In this document: positions 49,701 to 60,200 of the stretch, piece after piece | How the letters are laid out: every line of letters starts with the position of its first letter | Position numbering within the stretch: position 1 is the first letter of the stretch | NCBI GenBank assembly: GCA_905178155.1 | Contig: CAJINV010000003.1 | Location: 8,251,117 to 8,315,116, forward strand | Direction: 5' to 3' | DNA from: Amoebophrya sp. A120 | Lineage: Eukaryota; Protista; Dinoflagellata | DNA length: 64,000 bases | Notes under the pieces: generated by a model | Database searches by the model: none | What the model saw: only the letters and a program-made list of their open reading frames with translations | What the model was told of the DNA's origin: nothing | Position numbers and translations under genes: made by a program

Positions 49701-52700
49701 ATGCATGAACAAATGCGCAAACAGCCATTGCAGATAACGCGAAGGGAGTGGAAAGGTTGCAGACTAAAAGTCAAAACTATGGACGACGTGGGGAGGGAGT
49801 TTGGATATGCTAAGCTTAGCGCCATGCGCAACACGGCGGAGCTGTCAAGGGCGAGACTGCGAATTGCCATGCAGCATGACCTGGAAATCCGTGAAAAACT
49901 TCGAGACACCAGGAACATCGTCATTGCAGCAGACGGATCTGTTTCATCGCGAGAAAATATGGGAGGATGTGGCGGCGCTACGTGGTGGCACAGTAAGGAG
50001 CTGGATGCGGAATACATCGGCGATCCCGTCAGAGACATTCAGCCGCTTGAGCCTATAATCGTATCCACAGCGGTAGTAACAAGTGGTATGGATGATATTT
50101 CTGTTGATAGTTTTGATGCTGAAACTTTTGCGCTGAAGAAACAGCTGCGAACCACCAGCGAGTTCGTGAATGAAGTGGGCCTGTGGGGGATTGAGAGTGT
50201 ACTTGTGTATGGAGACCCGAGCAGTGTGCTTGAAGCATTAAAAAATTATAATGACAAGTCCAGCTACCAGGTTTATATGATAGAGCAAGAATTGGAACTG
50301 CTCAGAGATGTTTGTATGCGAAAACAGCCAGGCACTGCGCTGGAACAGATGGCAAACGGAATTGATCCGGAAAAGGAAACTTGTTTTGAAGCCACATGGA
50401 CCCCAGGCCACTGCCAAAATTATTTTAATGACTGCTGCGACTATCTAGCCTCGAGAGCGAGCCATCGAAAAGCACAAAACTGCCATGCGCCTAGGGCTTC
50501 AAGCTTCTTGCTTTGGAAAAATCATATCCCCCTCCATCTTGCGCCGCGTTCTCTTCTCTCGAGCCGCTAAATGGTTTAGCCCGAATGACATCGACACTTG
50601 CGCCCCCTTCTTACTAAAACGCGCTCTCGCTCTGGGAGCTTTTCGACCAGGGGCAGGCATGCTGCCAAGCATAGTGACAGAGCAGTTGTATTTTTACTTC
50701 TGGGCTGGTGTTTTCGTTTTCCCAGCAGGCTTTGGAGGAGCAGGAAACTATAAGTACAAAAAAGGAATTTTTCACCAAACCTGCATGCTCTGCGGCAAAG
50801 AACATTTTTGCCATGCTACGCACCTGCTGTGCTCGTGTCAGGTAGTCCAGCAAAGTCGACAGGAGATCTTCAGCCTGTCAGTACTACCAGAATCGGAGGA
50901 GCGACATGTACTGGGGCAACCACGAAAAGTTTTTCAGTTTCTTCTAAAAGCTGACGAGCAGAAGGAGTTCATGAAGGCGTACACGCGGCAGGATATCACG
51001 AAGAGGATAGATAGAATTGGAGAAAAAACTAAGAAACAGCCAAAACAAAAAGAAAAGCACGACAACTATTACGAAATGCTCCAGCCTGACTTTTTTAGTA
51101 TACGAGAAGAGTTCAGATGTATTGACGAGTATCAGGGGCAATTTCGATAAATGTACAGAAGCAAGTTGGTGAGCTGTCACATGCAAAAATTTATAGTCGT
51201 CATACTTTTTCTTGTTGTATCAGGCAACAAGCAATTGCGCGTAGCAGTCTTTTTATGCCAAATCTTTTTTAAAAAAAAGCATACTTTTGCAACAGAGGGA
51301 TGGAGTATGAGAAACGAAGCGCGCGCATTCTCCGCTGCGTGTAGTTCTTGACGCGGGAAACTAGCACCGGGAGTAGTACATGTACGGGGCAGGAAGAGAG
51401 CGCCTGCAACACCCGAGGGATGAGCCGAGCATCCCTAGTAGCTAGCATGAGCACGGACATGCGCTACAACATGGAAGGCCCTATGCGAAGTGAACGATAA
51501 AGCTCTACACACAGAGGAGAATTTGCGCAAAGTAGTTTTGGCTCCTTTTGCGAGAATTGCGATGCCACAGGAGCAAGTCACAGACACAAAGAAGTGCGAC
51601 AATTTTTGAAAGAGATTGAAAAAACATGTTTTCTGCATGAAGAGAAACTTCTGAGCAAGGCAGATGCACACATGCTGATTGGAAATATGAAAAAATTTTG
51701 TGGAGCTCCTCTATAAAAAAATGGAAGCGCTGCGCTTTTGAGTTTTGAAATAAGCATGACACACAGAAGGGGGGAGGACTGTTCCGAAATTATTCAGACG
51801 CTATTCCCAAGGGGAGAAATGAAATGGAGTGGGATGCAAAATGGCCGGCACGAATATTCATCAAAACGAGAAGAACTCTTTGAACAGCGAGAGATGAAAA
51901 AGTGGCGCCTTGAGGATAAGCAAAAGGGACAGTATGAGTTGATTCAATGTAGAAACTAATAAAGAAATAAAGAAGCGAGAACAAAAGTCAGATGTTGTAG
52001 AATCTCCCCTCGCTCTACCTATCTGCTGCGCTGATTCTCTCAAAATAGCGCCTGGACTTAGAGCTACAACATTGCGACGCGCCCAGCTATGCATGTCATA
52101 GCATCCCTCGATCTAAAAGTTGCCTCTTGAAAGCTCATAAGTATGAGTGCTGTTTCCCGCTCGTTAGGAATTACTAGAGGCGTGCGGGGCGGTTTTGTGG
52201 GCATTAGGGACAGGTACAGAAACACCACCAAAGATGGAAGAGCAGCGTAGCGCGAGCGATGTTGCACTACTATGGTTGTCGCCTCATTTGCGCAGCATAC
52301 GAGCAGGCAGCCTGGTGGTGTGACTCACTGCCTACTGACCGATGTGAACAACTGTAGCATTGTCGCGAGGAGAAGGGGCGAGCAGTCTGGAGCCGCAAGG
52401 CGAAGGGGTCAGATGGCATTTACGAACCACGAATAGAGAACCGCGAAGGAACAAGGACGACGAGCCAAGATCATTCCATTTTCCGATCTGAAGTTGTCTA
52501 TGTGCTAACTCGCTGTTTTTAGTTTGTGATTTGTATGTTAAAAAAAAAAAAAATAAGTATATCCTAGTGTGCATGGTCTTTTTTTTGGCAAAGCCGGAAG
52601 ATATATTTGGAATTGATAGTGCTACAACGACGAGCAGCGGTATTAAAGCAGAAGATGAGGACCCCTTTCTTGCGATCGTTTCCTACTCCAGGACGGCGGT

Positions 52701-53077
52701 AGGACAAAAGCATTTCTCAGGGGGACACGTCGCGCCAATTGGCGGTTACGATCCGGAGAATGATCGGGTTCTCATCCTCGAAGTGAACGTCTGGAGGTAC
52801 CCGTCTGTCTGGATACCCACGGAACTTCTATGGCGAGGCATCCGCACCACCACTGCTGTATGCATTGCAAAAGTATCGTACTCGTACAAATGCATTACAA
52901 ATTTCCTTAGCATGACAAATTGAGTTTGTCATGCTGTTTTCGCGTAGGAAGGCGAATTGTCATGCATAATTGCGATTACTACGAGTACGATACTTTTGCA
53001 CAGAATATGCTGTCGGAATTTCTCGGGGGCTTCTTAAAGTCTATTACGAAGTGGATCCAGCACTGGGCGGGGGCTAG
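34738..53077 (+). CDS. Phytochelatin synthase-like (papain-fold) protein; exons about 34738-34990, 35261-35558, 35834-36941, 52624-52858, 53013-53077
   Basis: PCS motifs in order: QQHPAFCGFAA (Gln, Cys), SLDEFRRNV, IVSYSRTAVGQ..GGHVAPIGGYD (His), VLILEVNVWRYPSVWIP, GISRGLL. All junctions are in frame. Confidence 0.85.
34991..35255. mobile_element. Family-A TIR introner, 265 bp
   Basis: TIR tatcaagtgcaaaaatgtctgggtctggaaggttg / caaccttccagacccagacatttttgcattccata; TSD aacca; removal gives AAQTIALAIN. Confidence 0.95.
35559..35828. mobile_element. TIR introner, 270 bp
   Basis: tatgcactgcaaaagaataa / ttatccttttgcagcggata; flanks gactt/gatat; in-frame removal (LDFLRPP). Confidence 0.85.
37610..38752 (+). 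CDS. ORF1 of the RTE-like element (charged, Lys-rich termini, no recognised domain)
   Basis: ATG at 37610; intact ORF inside the TSD-bounded element. Confidence 0.8.
   Translation: MSKPSKKGKGKKAKNGGKADQPAASATPTKAFTRAQYDIAVLKARNIVSIHGVEWLPLAEWKEARAEEEKQAAEQASTGAAASSSSAAQAVARPPFSPGHKTNSTSTAIIKISQMRFPEIVDKWKEKFIEAVGDAVSHAKVIEGENVQELHEDDDGKLQLVDLMDEYGDEDEKKSDRLAEEMAQAVRRIEPDFIANVAVFKSGRIEVMLKPNSETMKLRSLVQSRKRNVTKQYLTSLQIKEHIVRNPKDTLKKERKINNRAEADEKKAMEGIEEGDGEEEAEGEKADPSAKRLKNESKGDASPESPSFTEAEDPDAKEQKNKNKRTRSKSSSKKNKKDKAAGGGSGTTTTTTAGGSTSSNTTIKAEAKQKRIIAGGSRRR
39526..43467 (+). CDS. ORF2: APE endonuclease plus reverse transcriptase with an inserted zinc finger
   Basis: GTFNVRTL, LLQETK, YAPT, GGDHN, SDH; NYRPIAL, FIDFQKAFDS, GIRQGSGLSP, FVDD, FKYLG, LYNAETWT. 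Confidence 0.95.
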   Translation: MDKRQSPKTNHTQAAQSASAQGELPSSGSSAKGTGWEAPARDWRTTAKTKTGRRIRIGTFNVRTLGKRDEGRDVWSVQLLSLVDDAKRQGLDVVLLQETKIREWLVGELWPGGFRAYGGGAASNSGGVPVGGTVILIRSSIKVEDVSDIQQERLVRISIRAGFGKRVHIYSAYAPTNAATAEVKQNYYDLVRAEMAKHSKHDITIYGGDHNCELGSPETELASAGLSYVVGRCGLASGFAIRSDNRERLHALAAARQLVDLSSLQRKKWSQRHTFEGEWMSEGVRRLREYDRFLVSFRDKGLFEKLRVIRGTAVQSDHCLVVVEMKMGAIKKPAVKKIPPQIIRRKEKAQEADKLLAAKYTPEVIAQIDTGEKNAAATWSQFQKDLYTTLDKLNNLTPAGPRKPWITAETWGKIEERRKAKQHNKKVTGLTRQISKLVKRDRIAWVGDKIETLRRADECGNTKMVYETVRQLSGRGRQRPQELPGPPEAWTEFWGGVFGKERPAAPPSAQQTKTWKRCAAALEEDEPAAAWCGGLDEIPTEAEVVAALRELKRGKAFAGPIPAEFARECPTAQAVLVSLVRRIFRGDDIPPEWGEAVVAMLHKDGVKRDPKNYRPIALITLGEKLLGLVILRRIEDEANKHMSPKQKGCRRGLSCRHAVFQLLRDIEKNNREGRRAYYTFIDFQKAFDSLAWSVLFPILRKQGLPENVCKVVQDMYQKCAQVVIRLGDNKSAPAFKQKSGIRQGSGLSPLLFALCLDWAIRQFVKTMAEEHGWTEDEAWAHALTWLGFVDDLVVKETSRTAAEFALRELAAACRFVGLELNVKKTKAMPVNPEVEKRRNPAALMERIVVDKEEGWLIDWSGADWSDEWSAEVRHLPSPRDESGDLVPTHFVVWDDPTLGIEVASCKQSGWARTHSGENIRTQRLGLKKFVLAEKNKFVCARCDDVLADETALHFHQATGFCRPVKTLKELRTLRVSRMVEEKKKQKAKTLAPEGVPPFEYDGGAIEIVGCFKYLGTEVGRDGSTEGETARRCVIAAGAVQQLAPVWRDSSLPVELQSDLYRALSVSVALYNAETWTTTTAQGSILRRFQDSALREILGGHFRNEGRSRAELCEELGVQHIEDEVRAKRVAWIAHACRGDENEGSFARVEAEIKNRTPWGRQAQEDLDYYAIPLEVIKETKPTGIAIRATINTAKRVKAVKKQKGAKAGAQKSKKRTAMEEERRRRLEQQREEQEAKNRKTLQRINGKVWQKRPRPKYNFFVKTESGEELQFRASGFFFCENTGKEEAMVYGVTFKQDSSTRIWVADDLPPDDE
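43638..52553 (+). mobile_element. Non-LTR retrotransposon with APE, RT, RNase H and a CCHC knuckle (I-group/Ingi-like), about 8.9 kb
   Basis: Poly(A) at 52540-52553; candidate TSD aataagt (43631-43637, 52552-52558); coding region 44756-51150. Boundaries are less certain than for the first element. Confidence 0.8.
44756..51150 (+). CDS. Polyprotein in three frames (44756-45286, 45087-50570, 50485-51150): Zn fingers, APE, RT, RNase H, CCHC
   Basis: CGGC..HVNRC, CLIC..HRTGC, CRTC..HLAKH; STFNVQ, GLQETHL, GDLNA, SDHN; KSPGFD, RPVSLLS, GMPQGSPLS, YSDD; AADGS, DAE, YGD, WTPGH..N..CD; CMLC..HLLCSC. Confidence 0.9.
52859..53007. mobile_element. TIR introner, 149 bp
   Basis: TIR tatgcattgcaaaagtatcgtactcgta / tacgagtacgatacttttgcacagaata; perfect TSD tgctg; removal gives TTAVGISRGLL. 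Confidence 0.93.
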
Positions 53078-54432
53078 TTCGTTTTTTTGACTTATTGTTT
53101 TGGACAGCTGACCACACGGTGCGCAATTTTTAATTTATTCGAGTCGTGCTGAGAACTAAGACGAACATCACGACTCAATGGATCCTACATGGGACTGATG
53201 CCGCTCAAAAGAGTGATGATCTTCGTACTTGAGTTCAGATCTAGATCTTGTTCACCAGTAACAATACTCAATACGCAGACACATGGGAATAACGAAGATC
53301 ATGCAATTATTTTACATCACGATCATGGGTGGAAAACCTGAATTCAGCGGCCTGCATCAATTCCAATTCGCTTCTTCATGCTCATGAACGACCCAAAATT
53401 GGGTTGGTACTGCAAATGAATAGCAATATCCTCAATAGAGGAACAAAATGAGTTCCGGAGGCGCCGCCCTCGTGCACAGACGACGACCTTTATCGTTCTT
53501 CGAGACCATTGGAGTTGAAAACTGGCTTCAAAGACGCCAACGCTTAGTACCCTTCGGCGTAAACGATACTGTTCCTCTGTTGATCTCTGAAATTTTGCTT
53601 CCCGCCGAGTACTGGGTTCGCGACTTCCACTCACACAAAATCGCGACGCATGGACAGGCAAGTTGCCTGTCCAGGCGATTTGTCGAGCCTACAGGAGGAT
53701 TTTTCACAGTAGCCAAATGACTAGACTACGTGCAACATCTCCTGAACCAACTTGAATAACCTTGTACTAGATGATCACAGTTTGTTGTGCTCAATAATTG
53801 CGCAAAAGAACAACCGTCTTGTTCTTGCACATTCAGCGACAGTGATATACAAGTAAGGATCAGGCAGCGACATGTTTAGTACTACAGTATCACATATTAA
53901 TCTGTGAACATAGATTCCCGACACGTGAAGATAACAAGACAATCATGAGTACCTTGACTGGCAAGCGACGTTTTTACCATTTTGGGGATCTAACGTCTAT
54001 TCATTTTTGTACATAGGCACTGATAAACATACGTAGTCGCTCAGTCATTTTTCTCCTTGTTGTTGTGGCACCACCAACAGGCGATAACATGTTACCTTCG
54101 ACAAATTTTTCCGCCGCATTGTCCGAAGCTCCGCCGCTTGACGATAAGGCCGCCGAATCCAGCACGCAAGCGCAGAACAAGTATTTTTAGCTCCTGTTAT
54201 GATATGTACTCTCTTAGCTGCTGCTCCTTGTTCATCTATTGATATCGATTGTTTTTTTAGTCTAAAAGTGGCCGAAGCTGCAGATACATAAACCTTCAGG
54301 GTTGAAGGGTTTTTAAGCTAGCAGGGCTCCCATTTTGAATTGAAACGCAAGCTGGAAAAGTGCGTCCAGCCAAAAATTGTTTCCCTTTTATTTTGTGGTT
54401 CTCGACGAAAATAAGAAAGTCGACGCAGACCG

Positions 54433-56292
54433 ATGCATAGTACGTGACTGCTGTGATAATATTACATCATCCCACAACTCTACAGATCCGCCATATTACC
54501 TGAGGATGCGTGGATTGCGAAGCTGAATGAGGACAGGAAAAATGCATACTTCAAGTTTGAATGGATATGGAGCGCGTCTCCACCGCCTGTTGACGCAACA
54601 AATAAGATATCTTCGGCTGCCGGACAGCAAGCACCGTCTGGCGCCGCAGCGGAGCATGTTGACAGAAGCAAGAAGCGAAAACGCGACGACCAAGAAGCTG
54701 GCACTGTGGACGACCACAGAAATGGCGACACGAAAAAGAAAAAACGAGAAAAAGGAAAAGACGGTGCAGCTGTGGTTTTAGCAGGTGCTGGTGACGATGG
54801 TGGAGAAAACGCGGCAGCGAAAAAAAGAAAGCACTCTAAAAAGGAGCGAAAAGACAGCAGTGCCAACATCAAGGATGGGTCTGACTCAGATGCGGACGAG
54901 AAGAGGAAGAAGAAAAAGAAAGGCAAAAAAGCCGCGTCTTCTGATGAGGAAGATAGTGAAGATAGTGCTGACAGTTCAGCTTCATCTTCAAGCGACCGCA
55001 AAAAGAAGAAAAAAAGCAAAAAAAAGAAAAAAACCAAGAAGGCAAAGGACAGCAAGAAAAAGAAGAGTAAAAAGAAGAAGAGAAAACGCGCCTCGTCCTC
55101 CTCTAGCAATGCAAGCGACAGTGACGTGGCATCTTCGAAGAATTCTTCTGACGACAGCGATGAGGACGACAGCAACGGATCCGACTCGGGCAGTGAGGTG
55201 GACCTCGATCCGCGGCTGCTGCCGAAGGTTCTCGACTGGCGAGAAAAGGAGAGCGTGACCGCCGAGGAGGCACTTGAAGCCAGGAAGCCGGGCAATAACA
55301 GCGGCAAGAGCATATCGCGATAAAAAATGTCCCCCCGCCACATACTGAGCGACAGATTTTTTCTCACATGCTGCGTAGTGCAAAAAGCAACTTTTGCATC
55401 ACAAAGAAAGAACGCCCCGCAGCCGCTTTCTCACGAGAGTTAATATGTGCGGGCATTTTCCTGAATCATAAATTAAGTATGCCGATCCGGCGGGCACGCG
55501 TGCCGCGCCCCCATGTTTCTCTTGCCGACATTATTTGTATCGCGGTGGGAGCTCCGCACTAGAAAAACTTACATTTGGTATGTCGCTGCAAAACACGTCC
55601 TTGCCTCCAAATTTTAATTTGGATGGCAAGGTTATGCTTATGCTTTATGTTTTGTTCTTGCCACCACAGTTCCCCTCCTCTCCCAGCTCAGTGTTGCGTG
55701 CACGACACAAAATATCGGGCCGCAAAGATTTTTATTTTTTCGTCTGGTAGTGGCAGTGGGGACTGTTTCATTTTGATAGATGAAGGGGAGCAACCAGTCC
55801 GGCGCCGTCGCGGGAGCAGGCGGGAACGCCGCCGAAGACGATGAGTCGGACAGCTCGGACTTGGAAAACCCCGGGCCGCAGATGAGCCGCGAGGAGAGGG
55901 AAATCCAGAGCCAGAGCTTCAATTACGGGCACGCGCTGCTGCCGGGCGAGGGCGCCGCCATGGCCCAGTTTGTGCAGAACAAGCAGCGGATCCCGCGGCG
56001 TGGGGAGGTGGGTATCTCCCACGAGCAGATCGAGGGCCTGGAGAATCTGGGCTACGTCATGTCCGGTAGTCGTCACAAACGCATGAACGCGGTGCGTCTC
56101 CGGAAAGAGAACCAAATCTATACGGCGGAGGAGCAGCGAGCGCTGGCTTTGTTCAACTACGAAGAAAAGCAGGAGAAGGAAAAGGAGACCATCGCCGGAC
56201 TCAAAGACATGCTTTCGAAGCGCCAGGAAGAAATTCACGACGAAAAGACCGCCATCGACCAGCTTGCAAAGTCGTTCGGCAAGGCCGACTGA
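54433..56292 (+). CDS. NKAP: NKAP-like (NF-kappa-B-activating protein / DUF926) spliceosome-associated protein
   Basis: C-terminal YGHALLPGEGAAMAQFVQ..RIPRRGEVG..GYVMSGSRHKRMNAVRLRKENQIYTAEE; K/S/D-rich middle; WIWSASP near the N-terminus. The start codon is inferred. Confidence 0.92.
55313..55778. mobile_element. TIR introner, 466 bp
   Basis: tatcgcgataaaaaatgtcccc / ggggactgtttcattttgata; flanks gagca/gatga; in-frame removal (GKSKGSNQ). Confidence 0.85.
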
Positions 56293-57217
56293 TCGATTGA
56301 TCGCTCTAGTAACGATGGTTGCAGCTGCAGCTGTGGTGCTGCCGCAAACAGACTTCTCTCTGGTTCTGCCGCGCGGCAAGAAAAAGCAAACAGTTCAGTA
56401 CACACTAGACCTGGAGCAATGACATCAATGTGTAGGAGGTAAAGGTTTACATTCATAGAATGGACGACAAGAATGATAATGATACATCAAGGCGAGGAGC
56501 TTGAATCCGCACCGCAACGTGTGGCGCGTTCTTTTTGGAAGAGGCTTTTTTTGGCAGTTCTCTTACGGTTGGGGGCCTTCGGGACGAACGTGCGTAGTAC
56601 AGCAGCGCTCTTAATGTTGCATTCAGGTGTTTTATGTTGTGGGGCTTTTTGGGAAACGAAGCAACAGCGAAAGTTTCGGTTAAGATTCTTGCCTCCTATA
56701 ATGCATCGGTGTTCTTTTGTCGTGGTGTATCTGTAACTGTAACTGTATCTGTTGCTCTTCGTGGGAGTAAAGACTCATTTTGTAAAAGCAGATGAAGTTA
56801 GGGAATTCATGTCCCCAAGCAGCGGGAATGAAAAACTTTGAGCTATTTTTAGATAGAATGCATCGAAGATGTCTGTTCGGTACAAGGAAGCTCATCTCCA
56901 TCGGATCCAGTTTGGGGAACGTCGCTGGTGATCGTTGTAATCTCTAATTTCTTCGTGCCACGACCGTCATCGTGTTGACTGCGTATTGGTTCGAAGTGGA
57001 AGAAGTAGATGAAAACATCAGGGAGGCAAATTCGTATCTGCGCGTGTACTCGTGCCTTTCGCATGATTTATATTTATTTTTCGATCATGCATACTACTTG
57101 TACTTCGTCAGGGTTAGGACTAGCATTCATTGACTCGTCCCTCGGGCCGGTGCCAGCTAAAGGGAAGTAGAAGGTGGAAATAAAAAAGACACAGAAGAAA
57201 CCTAGAAGACCATCAGG

Positions 57218-60200
57218 ATGTCGCAGGCAGAAGTCTGCCCTTTCTCTGATGCCGACATCTTGGAGTCGGTCCGGAAGAAACTGATATCCGAGTGCACAAC
57301 AACCCCCGCTTATGCAAGAAAAAAACTGTGTAAGTGTAAATCTGTGATGCAGAAAATGCAAAGCAGTTACACTTGTCATGCTCGACATGCGTGGTCGGCT
57401 CCGCTCGTTTCCTATGTGTTTTCCCTCCCTATCTGCGCATAACAAGTTTATCCTGTCATTGCAGATGCTGTTTTCCCAAAAGACTTACACTAACACAATT
57501 TTTTTCTTGGATACCGCTCCCCCAGAGCTTCGATGGTATCGACAGCAACGCCAGCGCTGGCAGGGTGCAGCTCATGTAATTGCACCTCGACGTCAACACC
57601 TGAGTAAAATTCCCGTTCCATGCGAAACGTAGCAAAACCCTAGGTGGTCTTTTCTGCGAAAGTTCTAGCTGTCAACAGAATTTGATTCTGTGCAGCTTTT
57701 GCAATTGGAATTGCAAAAAAAAATGTTGTTCTTGCACGCAATTGCATGGATGATTTTTTCATTCCGTTTCGGCTCGGCCTGGATCTGGAGTCTGTCATGC
57801 AAGCAGCGCCAAGAGCAAGAGGCCAGGTGTGGACCTACAATCAGTTTGCACGACGAATGAGGGGGACGGGATGGTGTTGTGCACTCTCACACCTGAAGGG
57901 CGCTGTTTACAAGCAGAGCGGCAAGAAGAATGTCGACATCCGGAAATTTTTTCCGCACAAGGAGGTTCTCTTCTCAGTTTTGCATTATTTTTCCTTTATT
58001 CTTATATATATTTTTACTTGTTGTAGATTAGAATTAGTAAAAAAATATTATTATTATTTTTATTCGGAGATGGTGACGGAAGCGTGCTTGTTGTTCCAAA
58101 TGAAGTAGAGAGTAAGTAATATTTCATTTTCGAACTTTGACTATGCTCACAGGAAATGGCGACCCTGGGCGAGTTGAAACACGTTGTCAGGCGAGAGTTG
58201 AAGCTGTCGCACCAATTCGTGCCCGACCCAGCGCTGTCCAAGTTGGTCGCATACCTCGCCTCCCCGTTGCACGCCCTTGCTAGCTTGAACAACAGTCCGC
58301 GGGGGGGAGCGAGGTCCCCGGGGGACGCGAGCCCGTCGTCGCCGCGCGGGGGCTCATCTGACGATGCTGTGTCACCGGTCTATCAAATGCAAAAATGTCT
58401 GGGTCTGGAAGGTTGGAACTTGTGATGCTAGCATTGGACTCTAAGAAAATCTGTATTGCATGACCAGCAAGAGGAGTCTAGTTTGTGCCACTCGGTGAGG
58501 GCGTTTGTCATGCGGAGTAGGCATCAGGAAGGGTTCGCAAAGTCTGTGATGGTAGGGCGTGCATTACAGACATCCTGGGTCATGCATCACATGCATGACA
58601 AGCCTCAGAATCTTCCAGGCCCAGACATTTTTACATTTGATACGGTCAACAATAATGCCAATCAAACCACATCCTCATCTAGCTCGTCCTTCGCGGTGGG
58701 CAGCGGTCCGCGCGGTGCCCAGGCACAGATGGGATCCAATACGCTCGCCCAGATCCGGGCCAATCCGGTGATCGGCGAAATGCTAAACCTACCTCTGCTC
58801 CCGACAGAGTTGCCGAGCGTAACAAACAACGCTATCTCTAACTCGACCAGCTTCCCGGTCCTGGAGCTGCATAAGTTTGTGCAGCACGGCGCGCCTAACG
58901 TCAGCGAAAAAGCCGAGGTGCAGCGAGTCATGGAGCGGAAAAAAGCCGAGCGCTGCGTTCGAAAGTTTCAGGTAAAATGAAGGAGACAACCAGTCTGATA
59001 CGCTCACGATAGTTTCCTGTTCCTTAACCGTGATGCCTATTCCTTGCGTGGCTTTAATCATGATTGGAAGTCGAAGTTTCCTATTCCTGGCTGCGCGTTG
59101 AATTACACGGTCAGAAACCTAGCACATGCAGATGATGAACAACGTCAACGCTGATATATTCATCGTTGCAAATTACCTGTATGAATGTTTTCTTCAACAA
59201 CCGAAAAAAGGTCGCGGTCCACGAAAAATTAATGGAATCCTACGAGCCCGGCTGCATCTCCAATTTGGTAGATCCCGAGTCCCACGCTGCTCTTACCGAC
59301 CACGCAGTGTACGTGCGACACCAATTTTCCTCGTTGTTGCGCCAGTTTGCAGGAGATGGGAAGGTTGCCATGAGCCTGCATATGCTGAAAAAGTTTCTGC
59401 GCGACAAACTGCACTTCAAAAACTGGGATTTCGGAGAAGCAGATTGCACAACGCTGTGGTACATAGTTGCAACATCATGCTGCTGCTGGTTCAGTAGCGT
59501 CTTCTTACTTTCATTCCCAATATTGAGTCATTTTTTCGTCTCTGAAGTTCAAGTAGCGGAAACAGGGTGGCCTCGGTCGCGGTTGCTTCCTTCCTCAGGG
59601 ATTGAGTAGATGATGAAAAGATGGCGGATAATCATATGCTGGGCAAAGACCCGAAGTTTTTGCGTTTCTTTTGGCTCTGTAGTTTGCGCTTTTTTACCTT
59701 TTCCTTTGCTCGACGAACCTTAGGTTTGCCATGTACCGGTTTCCAGACCTGAACTTGTTGGAGCAATGTCGAATGTCTTCTGAAATGGAGCGGACCGCAG
59801 CCATATCAACTGTAAAAATGTCTGGGTCTGGAAGAATCCAACTTGTCAGGCTAATTTTGGATTCTAAAAAAATCAGTGTTGCATGAGCAGCAAAGAGTAG
59901 AGTCCAAGTTTTGCTACACGGAGAGAGCATTTGTCATGCGGTATAGGCATCAGGAAGCTCTCGCAAAATCTGTGATGCTAGGGCATGCGTCACAGGTATC
60001 AGGAGTCATGCAAAATGTACATGACAAACCTGGCAATCTTCCAGACCCTGACATTTTTACATTTGATAATCTAATTTTGCCGTTACCGGAGGTCAAATTT
60101 CGCTTCTGGACCGAAAGTCGCCTGAGGCCATGGTACTGCGAATTACTAGTTTACAGAATATTGAACCAAATACTTAAATTAAACCGTAATTAAAAAACAA

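Larger units (their letters stand above)
36942..52618. mobile_element. TIR introner (about 0.42 kb originally) expanded to about 15.7 kb by two LINE insertions
   Basis: ctatccactccaaatatatctcccg at 36941 pairs with cggaagatatatttggaattgatag ending at 52619 (22/25); +5 removal is in frame. Confidence 0.75.

Noticed and set aside
53448-53720. Small 90-aa + ORF
   Set aside because: No motif or exon context; cannot be distinguished from chance.
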